The notes below the pieces were generated by a model. It was not told the origin of the DNA, did not search any database, and saw only the letters and a program-made list of their open reading frames with translations. From an uncultured Phycisphaerales bacterium (GTDB taxonomy: Bacteria > Planctomycetota > Phycisphaerae > Tepidisphaerales > Tepidisphaeraceae), in contig CAVWLP010000002.1 in NCBI GenBank assembly GCA_963755915.1, positions 4,576,001 through 4,640,000 of the forward strand: a DNA stretch of 64,000 bases. Reading direction: 5' to 3'. Both the position numbers and the translations under genes were made by a program. Positions 22,658-35,501 of this stretch are shown one piece after another; within the stretch, counting starts at the first letter, position 1, and every line of letters begins with the position of its first letter.

Positions 22658-23799
22658 CTAAACCGCAATCGACCTGCTCGAATCCTTCAAAACCTGGTTC
22701 GCCCGATCGATCACATCCCGCGCTTCGATATCCCGCATGCACGCATGCCCATGCGGGCACTGCCGAACCGACCGCAGATAGCACGGCGAGCAGGGCAGAT
22801 CCAGCCGGACGACCGCATGCGGCCTTCCGTACGGCCCGATCCACAGCGGATCCGTCGGCCCGAAAATGCTCACCACCGGGCGATGCAGCGCCACCGCCAG
22901 GTGCATCGGACCCGAATCGTTGGTAATGCACAAATCCGCGCGCTGCGTCAGGGCCGCCAGCTCGCTGATCTTCGTTTGCCCGCACAAATTCAGCACCGCC
23001 GGGCACATATTCACCAGCTCGCTGCAAACCGGCCGGTCGTTCCCCGATCCGATCGCCGCAACGCTCCACCCCTGGCTTGAGAAATGCCGCGCCACTTCCG
23101 CGAATCCATCCGTGCGCCAACGCTTGGTGTCCCACACCGTCCCCGGGCTGATGAGCAGCAGCGGCCGGTCCACCGCGCCGTGCTGCCCCAGCAGCTCTTC
23201 CGCGTGCGCGGCCGCCTCGGCTGGAATCGGCACGTGAAAATCCGGCGCTTTGGGCGAAAAACCCAGCATCTCCCCGAGCCACAGATATCGATCCACCGCG
23301 TGCGCCTCCAGCGTGGGAATCGCGATGTGATGCGAATACGCCACCCACGAAATCTCCCGCGCCGGTCCAACCGTGTTTGTACGCTTCAGCCGGCAGTTGC
23401 CGGAGCGAACTGAACGATTTTCTGCGCGGCCGGTCAAACCCGATCCGCACCGGCGCTCCCGTCGCCAACGCGAAGAACGCCGAGCGAAACTGCCCGTGCA
23501 AATCGATCACCAGGTCATACCCGCCCGTCGTCAGCTCCTTCATCAGCTTCCAGAAAAGCGCCGCGCCTGCGCGGCTGCACCAGCGCCTTGCGATCGAATT
23601 CCAGGACGCGATTCAGCGCCGGGTGGTGCCCCACCCATTCGGCGATCGCCGGGCTCATCATCCAATCGATCCGCGCATCCGGATACCTCTGGCGCAGTTT
23701 CACCAGCACCGGGACGGTGTGAATCACGTCCCCCAGCGCCGAGGGTTTAATCAGAAGAATCCTGTGGAATTCTCTGGTGCTTAGATTGCTACTGGCCAA
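22658..23799 (-). CDS. GT9 ADP-heptose:LPS heptosyltransferase-like protein (two frameshifts)
   Basis: RILLIKPSALGDVIH, YDLVIDLHGQFRS, PGTVWDTKRW, ITNDSGPMHLAVAL, SIFGPTDP and CSPC...C...C over three frames. The TTG start is inferred. Confidence 0.85.
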
Positions 23800-23853
23800 A
23801 AACCGTTTCCTTTTTGGGGGGTCTGCAAACAATCCTATGCCAAAGCGCTCTGG

Positions 23854-24531
23854 TCAATAGTTTGACGCATTCTCAGTTTCCGCTGAGGCTTTTCCCCCTT
23901 TTACCTTGCCCAGCATTTTCTTAATTGCGCCCGAGATCCCATGGCGGATCATCGCCATCTGCTTGTTGGCTTCGCCCTTCACCCAGTTGAATTGGATCAC
24001 GCGCCGCTCGCCGATGAACGGCAGATGCCCATGCCACGATTTATCCGAGCGCAAAAACGCCAAAAGCGCCCCGCCCATCGGCGGAACCTCCGCGGCAAAG
24101 TCTTCCAAATTGTTCCCCGAGCGCAGCAGCCGCAGCCGGCCGCCCTGGTTTTCCCAATTGGTGTTGAGGTACAAAAGCACGGTGATGATTTTGCTCGTCG
24201 AGTCGGTGTGGATGTTCCCATCCCGCGTTCCACAGCGGCCGCGGACGGTGATCGTCGAGGGGCGGCCGGAAAGATCCAGGCTGAATTTTTGCTCAAACGC
24301 CTGCCGGAATTCGTCCGAATTCAGCGCATCCACCATCGCCTGGAAATTGGGTCCGAACTTCAGCCCGGCCAGCGGAAGGCTCCCCGCATCGTCGATCTTC
24401 GGATAGTCGGCATTGATTTTCGTCAGCGCATCGGGCTTCACGAACTGTTCCATGATCAGGTAGTCGTAAGGATCATGAAGGAGAGGCGTCGCGGCGAATG
24501 CATCCATGTTAAAAACATCTGAAGTGGTCAT
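23854..24531 (-). CDS. 2OG-Fe(II) oxygenase
   Basis: IHTDS (HxD), LLYLN, GGRLRL, SWHG, RRVIQFNW. Confidence 0.85.
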   Translation of the reverse strand: MTTSDVFNMDAFAATPLLHDPYDYLIMEQFVKPDALTKINADYPKIDDAGSLPLAGLKFGPNFQAMVDALNSDEFRQAFEQKFSLDLSGRPSTITVRGRCGTRDGNIHTDSTSKIITVLLYLNTNWENQGGRLRLLRSGNNLEDFAAEVPPMGGALLAFLRSDKSWHGHLPFIGERRVIQFNWVKGEANKQMAMIRHGISGAIKKMLGKVKGGKASAETENASNY

Positions 24532-24762
24532 AGGATTTTCCTTAAGCCCATGAGGAGGAACTTTCCGGGGCATGTTCTAATCGGGATGAAGCTAAGATTC
24601 TACGCATTGGATGTTGTGCGCGACTTTCGCGGAATGTTTTTTTGTGAGGACCCTACGGTACAAAAGGTAACACTCCGCGTCAAAATGGAGTAAACAGGAA
24701 AGATGGGTAAGCTAATCGGCAAGCGCTTGCCGAATTGGTTTTGCGAGACCAGAATACAGGGG

Positions 24763-26828
24763 ATGATTCGAATCAAATTGCTGCACGTGATGTTTACTTT
24801 GGTTTTGGGACGGATCATTTGCGGAGTTCAGTGGGCTGGGGCCGCAGACACAGTTTTTCTCGACGCCAACGCCCCAGGCAAGCGGTTCGATGGCGTCGGC
24901 GCTGTCAGCGGGGGCGGGGCGACCTCGGTGCTGCTGAAGGACTATCCCGAGCCGCAGCGAAGCGAGATTCTCGATCTTCTCTTCAAACCGAAATTCGGGG
25001 CCTCGATGTCCGCGCTCTATGTCGAGGTGCCGGGCGATGGAAATTCCACCCAAGGCACGGAGCCCAGTCACATGCACTGGCGCGACGACCAGAATTATCA
25101 GCGTGGCTACGAGTGGTGGATCATGCGCGAAGCGAAAAAGAGAAATCTCTTCCTCACACTCGACGCCTGCGCGTGGAGTTGCCCCGGCTGGGTCGGGGGG
25201 GAGAGTTCTGGACGCAGGACATGTGCGACTATTATGTGAAATGGATTCTGGGGCTCAAAAGCATTTATGGACTGGATCTCGACGCCGTGGGCTGCCGCAA
25301 CGAACGCGGGTCGGTCGAATTCTTTCCGAAACTGCTTCGCAAAGCCCTCGACCGAAGCGGGCTGCAAAGCGTCAAGATTCACGCGTTTGACGGCAACGGC
25401 CCGAGCAAATGGGACTGGTGCGCCGACCTGGCCACGGACGCAGACCTTAGAAACTCGGTCGATATCATCAGCAATCACACGATGTCCGTGGTCCCCACGC
25501 CCCAGGCGGTGATAGCGCTCTCCGAACGGCTTGGCAAACCGATCTGGAACACCGAAGAGCACATTTACAGCGACTCGGAGCATTCCTATGGCGACGACTG
25601 GGACTGCGCCATCGGCGCCGTTCATCAGTTCAACGAGAACTTTATCCAAAGCGGCGTGACTAAAATCGTGAACTGGTACCTTGTCGGTTCGGTCTATGGA
25701 ATCGAGCCCTACGCCCAGCAGCCCCCGGCGATCATCGCCAACTCCCCCTGGAGCGGCCATTACTCCATCAAGCCGATCCTGTGGAGCTACGCACATTACG
25801 GACAGTTTTCGCGGGCGGGCTGGCAGTACATGACCTCCGCGTGTCGCAACCTCTCAGAGGGCGGCTCGGTCGTGGCGCTGAAATCTCCGGAGGGAGACTT
25901 CAGTCTGATCGCCGAAACCGCCGGCGCATCGGCAGCTCAAAAAATTACCTTCGATATCGGTCCGGGGCTTCATGCGAAAACGCTTTGCGTGTGGCGCACC
26001 AACCGGGATGCGCAGTTCGTCCGGCTCGCCGACATCATTCCCGCCGCGGGCGCGTTTGCGATCCAACTCGACCCGAATTCCATCTACTCGATTTCCACGA
26101 CCACCGGCCAGCAAAAAGGCACCGCCGGTGAGATTCCCCCCGATGCGCCTTTCCCCCTGCCGTACCGGGACGATTTCAACCACTACGCGAACCCGAGGCA
26201 GTTCGGGTATCTGCCCCACTACACCGCGGACATCTGCGGCGTTTTCGAAATCGGCAACCGCCCCGATGGAAAGGGAAAGTGCCTCCAGCAGGTGCTCGAC
26301 GCCAAGGCCCAAAGCTGGGCGCCGGAATGGATTCCCTATACCGTCCTGGGCGACGCCAATTGGACGGATTACGAAGTCAGCGCCGATATCTACCTGCCGG
26401 ATGGCGGGTGGGCGGGAGTGATGGGGCGAGTGAGCAGCACCGGCAACGGATGGGACGGCGACCCCAACGGATATTACGCGCGCCTCTACGCCGACGGCGG
26501 CTGCGCGCTCTACCTGGCCGAACAGAATATCCGCGGCCCGCGCCAGCACGAACTTGCCCTGGGAAGCGCGGAGCATTGGCGCTGGAACCGCTGGCACCGC
26601 GTGATGCTGCGATTCCAGGATTCGAAGATTTCCGTGCTTGTGGATGGATCGCTGGTCTGCTCCGCGGAGGATCAGACATTTTCAAGCGGCATGGCCGGCC
26701 TGATCGCCGCCGGCGAAGGAAACGACCGGCACAGGGCCATGTTCGACAACGTGATAATCAATCGCGTAAACAGCCCAACGCCCGCGCCTACGATTTTTCC
26801 GCAGGACCAAGCCCCAATCTATCCATAA
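24763..26828 (+). CDS. GH59 galactocerebrosidase-like glycoside hydrolase (frameshift near 25200)
   Basis: [70 protein letters not shown]-terminal lectin-like domain. Confidence 0.88.
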
Positions 26829-26831
26829 ATC

Positions 26832-28805
<1,974 letters not shown>

Positions 28806-28853
28806 CTCGTTCTCCTCGCTTTGGGGGCCATAGCTTACGTTATCGATGGGCCA

Positions 28854-28869
28854 TGCACCAATCGCGCCA
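28854..28869 (-). promoter_or_regulatory. Candidate sigma-54 promoter of acs
   Basis: Minus strand TGGCGCGATTGGTGCA (GG-N10-GC), about 50 nt upstream of the acs ATG. Confidence 0.55.
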
Positions 28870-29002
28870 CTTGGGACGATGGGAGATCGCCGAATCCAGT
28901 TGCCACGCATGCGCCAGGGCGAATTCGGCGCGCTGGACGGCGCCGCGGTGGAACGCCACCGCCACCTGTTCGCTGCCGCCCCATTGCATAAGCGGGGATC
29001 GG

Positions 29003-30082
29003 TTATGATTTCTTGGACGCGAAATCCTTCATGAACTGCGACAAAGCCTGGCACCCTTCCACCGGCATGGCGTTGTAGATGCTGGCGCGAATTCCGCCGA
29101 CCGTGCGGTACCCCTTAAGGGCCACCATCCCATTCTTCGCGGACGTCTTCACGAATTCGTCCGTCAGCTCTTCGCTGGGAAGGCGATACGTCACGTTCAT
29201 GTGCGACCGCTGCTCCTTGTTGGAAACGGTGCCCTTGTAGAACCCGTTGCTGTTGTCGATCGCGCCGTAGATCAGGCCGGCCTTGGTCGTGTTCCGTTTC
29301 TCCATGGCCGCAAGCCCGCCCTGCGCCTCCAGCCAGCGGAATACTTCCAGGAGAACGTAAATGCTGAACGTGGGCGGCGTGTTGATCATCGACTTGTTCT
29401 CAGCCTGGTCCTTGAAGCTCCAGAGCTTGCTGATGACCTTCTTCTGCTTCGGATAAAGGTCCTTCCGCACAATCGTCAGCACCACGCCCGACGGACCCAG
29501 ATTCTTCTGCGACCCGCCATAAACCAGCGCACAATCCTTCACCGGATGCGGCCGCGACATGAATTCGCTGCTGGCGTCCACAACCAGGTTCGGATGCTTC
29601 GGCCAGTTGGGCAGGCGATGGCCGTGTACGGTTTCGTTCGAGCAAACGTGGAAATAGTCGGCTTTGTCGGAGAGCTTCCAGTCGCCCGAAGCCGGAGAAT
29701 GGTCGAAATTGCTCGACTCGCTGCTGGCCACCACGTTCACGCTTCCCACTTCCTTTCCGAACGAAGCCGCCTTTTTGCTCCATTCGCCGGAGACGAGATA
29801 GTCGGCGCTGCCGTGCAGGAAATTCATCGGAATCGTGGTGAAAAGCTGCGTGGCTCCGCCATTGAGGAAAAGCACATCATGCGTGTCTCCCACCCCCAGA
29901 AGCTGCTTGCAGCGGGTGATCGCCTCATCGACGACGCCCTCGAATTCCTTCCCCCGGTGGCTCACCTCGGCAATCCCAAACCCCTTGCCCTGGTAATCGA
30001 GCAAGGCGGTCGCCGATTTTTCCAGGGCCTCCGTCGGCAACATCGCGGGCCCGGCACTGAAATTATAAACGCGGTTCGACAT
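29003..30082 (-). CDS. serC: Phosphoserine aminotransferase
   Basis: [51 protein letters not shown]. Confidence 0.95.
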   Translation of the reverse strand: MSNRVYNFSAGPAMLPTEALEKSATALLDYQGKGFGIAEVSHRGKEFEGVVDEAITRCKQLLGVGDTHDVLFLNGGATQLFTTIPMNFLHGSADYLVSGEWSKKAASFGKEVGSVNVVASSESSNFDHSPASGDWKLSDKADYFHVCSNETVHGHRLPNWPKHPNLVVDASSEFMSRPHPVKDCALVYGGSQKNLGPSGVVLTIVRKDLYPKQKKVISKLWSFKDQAENKSMINTPPTFSIYVLLEVFRWLEAQGGLAAMEKRNTTKAGLIYGAIDNSNGFYKGTVSNKEQRSHMNVTYRLPSEELTDEFVKTSAKNGMVALKGYRTVGGIRASIYNAMPVEGCQALSQFMKDFASKKS

Positions 30083-30107
30083 TTTTATTCCTTCGCTAAA
30101 CAACTGT

Positions 30108-30884
30108 TCAAGCTTCGTCCCATTGCCGGTGCAGGAAGGCGATCACGCGCTTCCCCACCGTTTCAAAATCGTTAAAGTTCAGCGCTTCGACGCTGATCGC
30201 CCCCGCATATTTCGCGCGCTTCAGAATCCGGAAAAACGGCCGGTAGTCCGATTTCCCGCTCTCCCCCGCCGCCACGCGACCCTCCAGGTCGGCCACGTGT
30301 ACGTGCCGGACCCACGGCGCGGCCGCTTCCAGCTCCGAAAGCTTTTCATTCTCCATCCAGAAATGATAGCTGTCCGCAAGGCATTGAAAGCTCTTGTGAT
30401 TCACCTGCCGGACATACGTCATCGCCTCGCCCACCGTGTTGATGATATTGCACTCACCCTTGTTCAGCGGCTCCGCCACCAGCGTAATTCCCGTCCGAGC
30501 GCATGCATCCGCCGCCATTTTACAGAAGGCGACGATCTGCTCCTGCGCCTTCGCCCGGTCAAACCCATCGGGAACATTTCTCGCCCCCCCGCTGCCGAAC
30601 ACCAGTATCTTGATCCCCACCCGCTGCGCCGCGCCGTCACATTGGCGATATATTTTTGGAGCCGCTCGAAATCCACCGCCGGACCGACGATTTTCAGGTC
30701 GCCTGGAACCAGTGAATTCGCCGCCGAGACCGGTAGCGCGCTGCGGCGCCGTCCACGTCCCCTGCCATTCCGCGTCCTCGACGAGGCCGCGCAGGAACGT
30801 CTGGACGTTCTCCTCCACAAAATCCGCCCCGGCCGTGCGGACTTCACCGGCACGCGAGGCCTTGGTGCAAATTCCGAAACGCAT
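30108..30884 (-). CDS. Sugar phosphate isomerase/epimerase (psicose/tagatose epimerase-like); internal compensating frameshifts
   Basis: LVFGSGGAR, AEPLNKGECN, LADSYH, HVHVAD, YAGAISVE. The segment LPVSAANSLVPGDLKIVGP is in another frame. Confidence 0.82.
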   Translation of the reverse strand: MRFGICTKASRAGEVRTAGADFVEENVQTFLRGLVEDAEWQGTWTAPQRATGLGGEFTGSRRPENRRSGGGFRAAPKIYRQCDGAAQRVGIKILVFGSGGARNVPDGFDRAKAQEQIVAFCKMAADACARTGITLVAEPLNKGECNIINTVGEAMTYVRQVNHKSFQCLADSYHFWMENEKLSELEAAAPWVRHVHVADLEGRVAAGESGKSDYRPFFRILKRAKYAGAISVEALNFNDFETVGKRVIAFLHRQWDEA

Positions 30885-31071
30885 GTGAAAGATTCTAATT
30901 TGAACCGGGCGTTTTACAACCGCAATTTGCCGCCCGAAAATCGGGCCAAAAAAATCGCGGCATCAAATCGATTTCCGCTTTTTTATTCGGCATTTGGGGC
31001 TCTTCATTTAGCAAATGCGGCGAATCGTTTCCTAATCCCCGCGACAATCCGCCACATCCTGCCGAATCGCG

Positions 31072-31848
31072 TCAATCCCGCATCGCGATCCCATCCGCGG
31101 TTATCAGCAGCAGCTTGCTGGTAATCTGGTGAGGCATCTGCTCGTAGTCCCGCTCAATCTGGGGCCGCAGCCGCGAGACCGTCGCTTCTTCATTGCGGAA
31201 GCAGAGCAGGATGTCGCGATTGGGAATCCCCGCCGAAAACGGGCTCCCCAGATGCTCGCGCAGCCGTTCGTGAAGATCGGGCAAAAGCACCCGGCTGGCG
31301 TCGTAGCCGTCGAGCGTCTGGAAGAGGATCAGCTCCATTCGCCCGTCATCATCCTGCGCCGCGTGCGCCTGCACCGCCTGGCTTTTTTTCGTGAGGTTCC
31401 CCAGCGCGGTCTCGTGCAAATCGTCGATTTCCACGCCCCACTTATCCAGCCGTTTTTTCGTGATGTGCGAAATCGTCCGGTCGTTGTCGATCCCATAGGC
31501 CACCACAAGCCCCCCCACCAGCGGCTGCGTGACGGAAAGCTGATTGGGATCCGAATGCTCCGGCATCACCAGCGGCAGAATCCGCTCGGACAATTCTTCA
31601 AACGTCCCCTCCAAATCCGGCGTTCCCTCCGCGGCCCGCAGAAGCTCCACGATCCATCGCTCCACGTGCCGCCGCGTTCCTTCCGGCCGAAGCACCGACA
31701 TGCGATAGAGATTCTCCAGCGACGCCACGTGCCCGTTGACACGCATGGAAAACGGCTGATCCCCGCGGGCGATCTTCACCAGCGGGAATCGCTCACCCAC
31801 GACTTTGATGACTTCGTTGACGAATTGCTCGCGGGTGGGAGATTCCAT
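31072..31848 (-). CDS. DUF1444/YtpQ-like protein
   Basis: LENLYR, LVVAYGID, DGYDASRVLL, GIPNRDILL. Confidence 0.65.
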   Translation of the reverse strand: MESPTREQFVNEVIKVVGERFPLVKIARGDQPFSMRVNGHVASLENLYRMSVLRPEGTRRHVERWIVELLRAAEGTPDLEGTFEELSERILPLVMPEHSDPNQLSVTQPLVGGLVVAYGIDNDRTISHITKKRLDKWGVEIDDLHETALGNLTKKSQAVQAHAAQDDDGRMELILFQTLDGYDASRVLLPDLHERLREHLGSPFSAGIPNRDILLCFRNEEATVSRLRPQIERDYEQMPHQITSKLLLITADGIAMRD

Positions 31849-31871
31849 ACCAGATTATAGACTGCCCAGCA

Positions 31872-32003
31872 GGGAAACTCGAAATTCGAAACTCGAATCA
31901 AACCCGAATGACCGAAATTCGAAACAAATGCTCGCACCACGTTTCGAACATTCGAATTTCGAATTTGATTCGTCATTCGAATTTCGAATTTCGGGTTTTC
32001 CCC
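31872..32003. repeat. TTCGAA-rich palindromic element, copy 1
   Basis: About 130 bp of 7-nt-period (A/T)TTCGAA units with terminal inverted repeats; second copy at 45258-45385. Confidence 0.85.
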
Positions 32004-32004
32004 A

Positions 32005-32907
32005 CTATCCCTCGCCGCCGCCCAGCTCGCGGCGCTGGAAGCTCCACATCCCCGCGCACAGCACAAACGTGCAGTACGAGACCGCATACATCGCCGCCAG
32101 TCCCACGTATCCCCACAACGGTCCCAGCGGAGTTGCATCGGTGTTATTCGAAAAATCGCCCACTTTGATTGTCGAAAGCACCGTCAGGTCCTTCATATCA
32201 AACGTCCCCAGGTACGGCAGCAGCAGCGCCACCACCCGTCCGATCCCCTGCACCAGTTCGGGCTTATCCGCCAGCGGCCCGCCGGCGATGGGAAACATGA
32301 ACCGCGTCATGTTTCCCGCCAGGTACAGAATAATCACCATCGGAAGATTCACCACCAACGAGAACCGCGTCGAAAGCGCCACCCCCACCGCCGCCAGCAC
32401 GCAGATCTGAAGCCAGGTCAGCACCAATTGCGGCACCAGGCCCGAGATATGCATCAAGCGGTAATTCCAGATTTGCCCGCGCACCAAATCGTTCAGCGAA
32501 TTCGAATTCAGCAGGTAATCGGTGGGAATGCGGATCCAGGTAGCGAGAATCGTCACAAACCCGAGCAGCGCCACCCCAAGCCCTGCCGCGGCGGCGATGC
32601 CAAAATATTTCCCCAGCATCACCTGCCATCTTCGCACCGGCTTGCTCATCAGCGTGAGCATGGTCCGGTCTTCAATTTCTTCGTAGATCGACTTGCTCGT
32701 GGCAAACAGCGTGGCCAGCAGCACCAGCAGCAGGATCACGTCCAGTGCCACCGACTTGAACATCTTGGTGTCTTCGCCCAGCGTAAAGAACGGCAACAGC
32801 CCAAAGATAAACAGCACCGCCGCCCCGAACGTCAGCAGCAGCGAGTAGATCGGCTGCAAAACCGCTTCGAGAAACGTATATCGTGCAATAACCAGAGTTC
32901 GGTACAT
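32005..32907 (-). CDS. ABC-2-type transporter permease
   Basis: IARYTFLE, EIEDRTMLTLMSKPVRRWQVMLGKYFG; about 6 TM helices. Confidence 0.85.
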   Translation of the reverse strand: MYRTLVIARYTFLEAVLQPIYSLLLTFGAAVLFIFGLLPFFTLGEDTKMFKSVALDVILLLVLLATLFATSKSIYEEIEDRTMLTLMSKPVRRWQVMLGKYFGIAAAAGLGVALLGFVTILATWIRIPTDYLLNSNSLNDLVRGQIWNYRLMHISGLVPQLVLTWLQICVLAAVGVALSTRFSLVVNLPMVIILYLAGNMTRFMFPIAGGPLADKPELVQGIGRVVALLLPYLGTFDMKDLTVLSTIKVGDFSNNTDATPLGPLWGYVGLAAMYAVSYCTFVLCAGMWSFQRRELGGGEG

Positions 32908-33197
32908 CAGTGCCTGATCGCGAAGTAATCGAATTCCCCAGTCGGCGCGGCGACGATTTGATCGAGCCCTTTGATATAACAGTTCATCTTCCGACTCACG
33001 TCTTCGAGCAGCCCATTGATCTCATCGTCCGGCCCCTCCATCACCAGCTCCACGCGCCCATCCGGAAGGTTGCGAACGTAACCCGCGACATTGTACTGCA
33101 TCGCCAAGTTCTTCACAGTATATCGAAACCCCACCCCCTGCACACGTCCACTAAATCGGCATTCCCTCCGGTGATAAAGGTGGACTACCGAACCCAT
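32907..33197 (-). CDS. acyP: Acylphosphatase
   Basis: SGRVQGVGFR, GYVRNLPDGRVE. Confidence 0.92.
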   Translation of the reverse strand: MGSVVHLYHRRECRFSGRVQGVGFRYTVKNLAMQYNVAGYVRNLPDGRVELVMEGPDDEINGLLEDVSRKMNCYIKGLDQIVAAPTGEFDYFAIRH

Positions 33198-33269
33198 AGC
33201 GCAAATATAACGCAATGGGAACCCAGCCTACCAAGATTTTTTTTTCTCCTCGCAACTCGCAACTACCCC

Positions 33270-34277
33270 TCAATGCATATCAAACTGCTGCATCATCTCA
33301 TCGTATGCGACTTTCTGCATGAATTGACGGTAACCGTCCTCGAGCGTCGCCAAGTCCTCCCCAAGATAGTGCTCCAAAAGCGGCCGAACGCCCGCGGGAT
33401 TCCAGCCCAAATAGGCCAATCTCAGCGACCCTGTCGGGTCATAAACCGTTCCCGCGGCCGTATCCGCCAGCAGGCTCTGAAGTGCGGGCCGAAACCTTCC
33501 GTTTTCCCCCTCCCAGAGATACCGCGCAAAGGCCCAATCCTGGGCATAAAACGCCTCGATCCGAATCCCCGCCTTCCCCACCACCTGCCCGGCATGAAGG
33601 GTGATCAGCTCGCTGAGCGGAAAAAGCTCGTTCGCGTCCATCGCCCGGCGCAGCGAAAGCTCCCGCTCCGGGTTCAGCGAAAGATTAAACCTTGGCAGAT
33701 CGTTGTCCCACTGCACGTCTTCATACATGCACGCCAGACCCTCCTCAAGGAACGGAGGCAGCCTGCCGCGAAAATGCCGGGCGACAAACTGGTGCCAACC
33801 CTCATGGGCCGCCACCGAATACGTCGCGATGTCCCCAATGTAATAGGCCACATACCAGTCGTGAATCGTGTATCCGCCCCGGCTGATCTGCAGATAAATA
33901 TTCGCGTCCAGCCCCGTGTGCATTCGCGTGAACGCCATCCACTGCGGACGATCGGCGAACATATAGCAGCGCATCGGATGATTCGTCGGCGTCACCGACG
34001 GCGCCACCTTCAAATACATCTGAAACGCCCCCTCCATGAGCTGCGCCAAACGGTTCAGCATGTCCGGCCGATCCGGGATCGTCGAGTAAATCTCGTAATG
34101 CTGGCTGCGGACCACCTTCACCGCGTCGTTGTCGGGCGAAACGTCCTGCATCGTCACCGACGCCAGCACCGTCGGCCCGTTCCACGTGTCCACTGTGGCC
34201 GAATGCTGCCCCGAGCACGCCGCCAGCCCGACGATCCCGGCGACTCCCGCGGCGATCCATCTATTAAATTTCAACAT
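33270..34277 (-). CDS. DUF1570-like lipoprotein with a zincin HExxH motif
   Basis: Lipobox LAAC; AHEGWHQF, PPFLEEGLA, FYAQDWA. Confidence 0.7.
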   Translation of the reverse strand: MLKFNRWIAAGVAGIVGLAACSGQHSATVDTWNGPTVLASVTMQDVSPDNDAVKVVRSQHYEIYSTIPDRPDMLNRLAQLMEGAFQMYLKVAPSVTPTNHPMRCYMFADRPQWMAFTRMHTGLDANIYLQISRGGYTIHDWYVAYYIGDIATYSVAAHEGWHQFVARHFRGRLPPFLEEGLACMYEDVQWDNDLPRFNLSLNPERELSLRRAMDANELFPLSELITLHAGQVVGKAGIRIEAFYAQDWAFARYLWEGENGRFRPALQSLLADTAAGTVYDPTGSLRLAYLGWNPAGVRPLLEHYLGEDLATLEDGYRQFMQKVAYDEMMQQFDMH

Positions 34278-34337
34278 CGCTCGCCATTGTAGGTAAAATC
34301 GCAAAGCACGCACCCCCGAAATCTAGTCCCCCACCTT

Positions 34338-35501
34338 TCACACGATCCGTTCTATCAACGCACCCAGCACCCTTTTTGATTCAAAATATTGTTCCGCGAT
34401 TCCCCGCGCCGCGGCACCGTGCCCGGAAGGGTCTTTCGCGATCGCATTCAGCGCCGCGGCCGCCTCATCCATCGTCTGGTAAGAAAAAAGCCCCTGGCCC
34501 GTCGGCAGCCAGCGGTCAAATCCGCTCCCCTGCGTCACCACCGGCCGACCGCTTGCCAGATAGGCCGCGCTGCGGTCGCTGAACCACCCGCTGGGCAATC
34601 CCGCGTAAATCTCCTTGGCCACTGTAAATTCCCCGGCGCTGCCCCGGATGAAATCCGCATACGCCTCGCAGCTCAGCGTCGCCTTCTCCGGATCGACCAG
34701 TTTCCACCCATGCCGCGAAAATTCCTCCGAGGTCTCCTTCGGCATCGCCAGCATTCCCAGCGTCATGGTCCACGAAACCCGGGGCGGAAGATCGATCATC
34801 TTCATCCACTCCACCCCCTTGCTGCTGCGGTAGCTCTTGCCGTTGAATTCCAGGTTCCGGTCGGATGTGTGCTCCCATTTGCCGATCGTTGTCATTTCAG
34901 AACTCTGCGATTGCCTGACGGGCCAGTGCCGCAGCGCGATCGGCTGGTTGGTCGGAATCCACTTGAATCCGTGCGTCGGCAGCGAACAGGCCTCGGTTCC
35001 TATGAGCCGCCCAAACGTCGCCACCGAATCGAACTTTCGATAATAGTCCAGAAATTCCCCGTCCCAGTTCATGCGAAGCTGCGTAAAGACCGGATCGGTA
35101 TCGATCACCGCCGTCTTTCGCGGCCTCGGCCGCTGCTCGCGCAACGGCGTCACCCCGCTGACGCACAGCAGAAGATCGGCCCGGCGCAAAAGATCGTTCA
35201 ACTCTCCCCCACTGAGTCCATAATGCTTGTCCTCAAACTGCGAGTAGTAGCAATACCGTTTCGGCAGCCCATATTGCGCAAACGTCCGTTCCAGGTATTC
35301 GCGCCCATAGGTGGAATCCGCCGAGGTCTGCCAGGTCACCGGGTTATACGGATACGAATACGACCCGCTGTCCTCCAGGAACCAGACTTCGTGCCCCAGC
35401 TCGTGGAGCCCCAGCAGATAATTGAGATGATGCCACGTCATCCCCCCCAATGGATAGGCGACGATATACCCGCCGACGACGATGGTCAGGCCCTTGCCCA
35501 T
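34338..35501 (-). CDS. Putative GT-B glycosyltransferase, paralogue B
   Basis: YPLGGMTW, GLHELGHEV, IDTDPVFTQ, EFTVAK..Y...SGWFSDRSAAYLASGRPVV. Confidence 0.65.
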   Translation of the reverse strand: MGKGLTIVVGGYIVAYPLGGMTWHHLNYLLGLHELGHEVWFLEDSGSYSYPYNPVTWQTSADSTYGREYLERTFAQYGLPKRYCYYSQFEDKHYGLSGGELNDLLRRADLLLCVSGVTPLREQRPRPRKTAVIDTDPVFTQLRMNWDGEFLDYYRKFDSVATFGRLIGTEACSLPTHGFKWIPTNQPIALRHWPVRQSQSSEMTTIGKWEHTSDRNLEFNGKSYRSSKGVEWMKMIDLPPRVSWTMTLGMLAMPKETSEEFSRHGWKLVDPEKATLSCEAYADFIRGSAGEFTVAKEIYAGLPSGWFSDRSAAYLASGRPVVTQGSGFDRWLPTGQGLFSYQTMDEAAAALNAIAKDPSGHGAAARGIAEQYFESKRVLGALIERIV

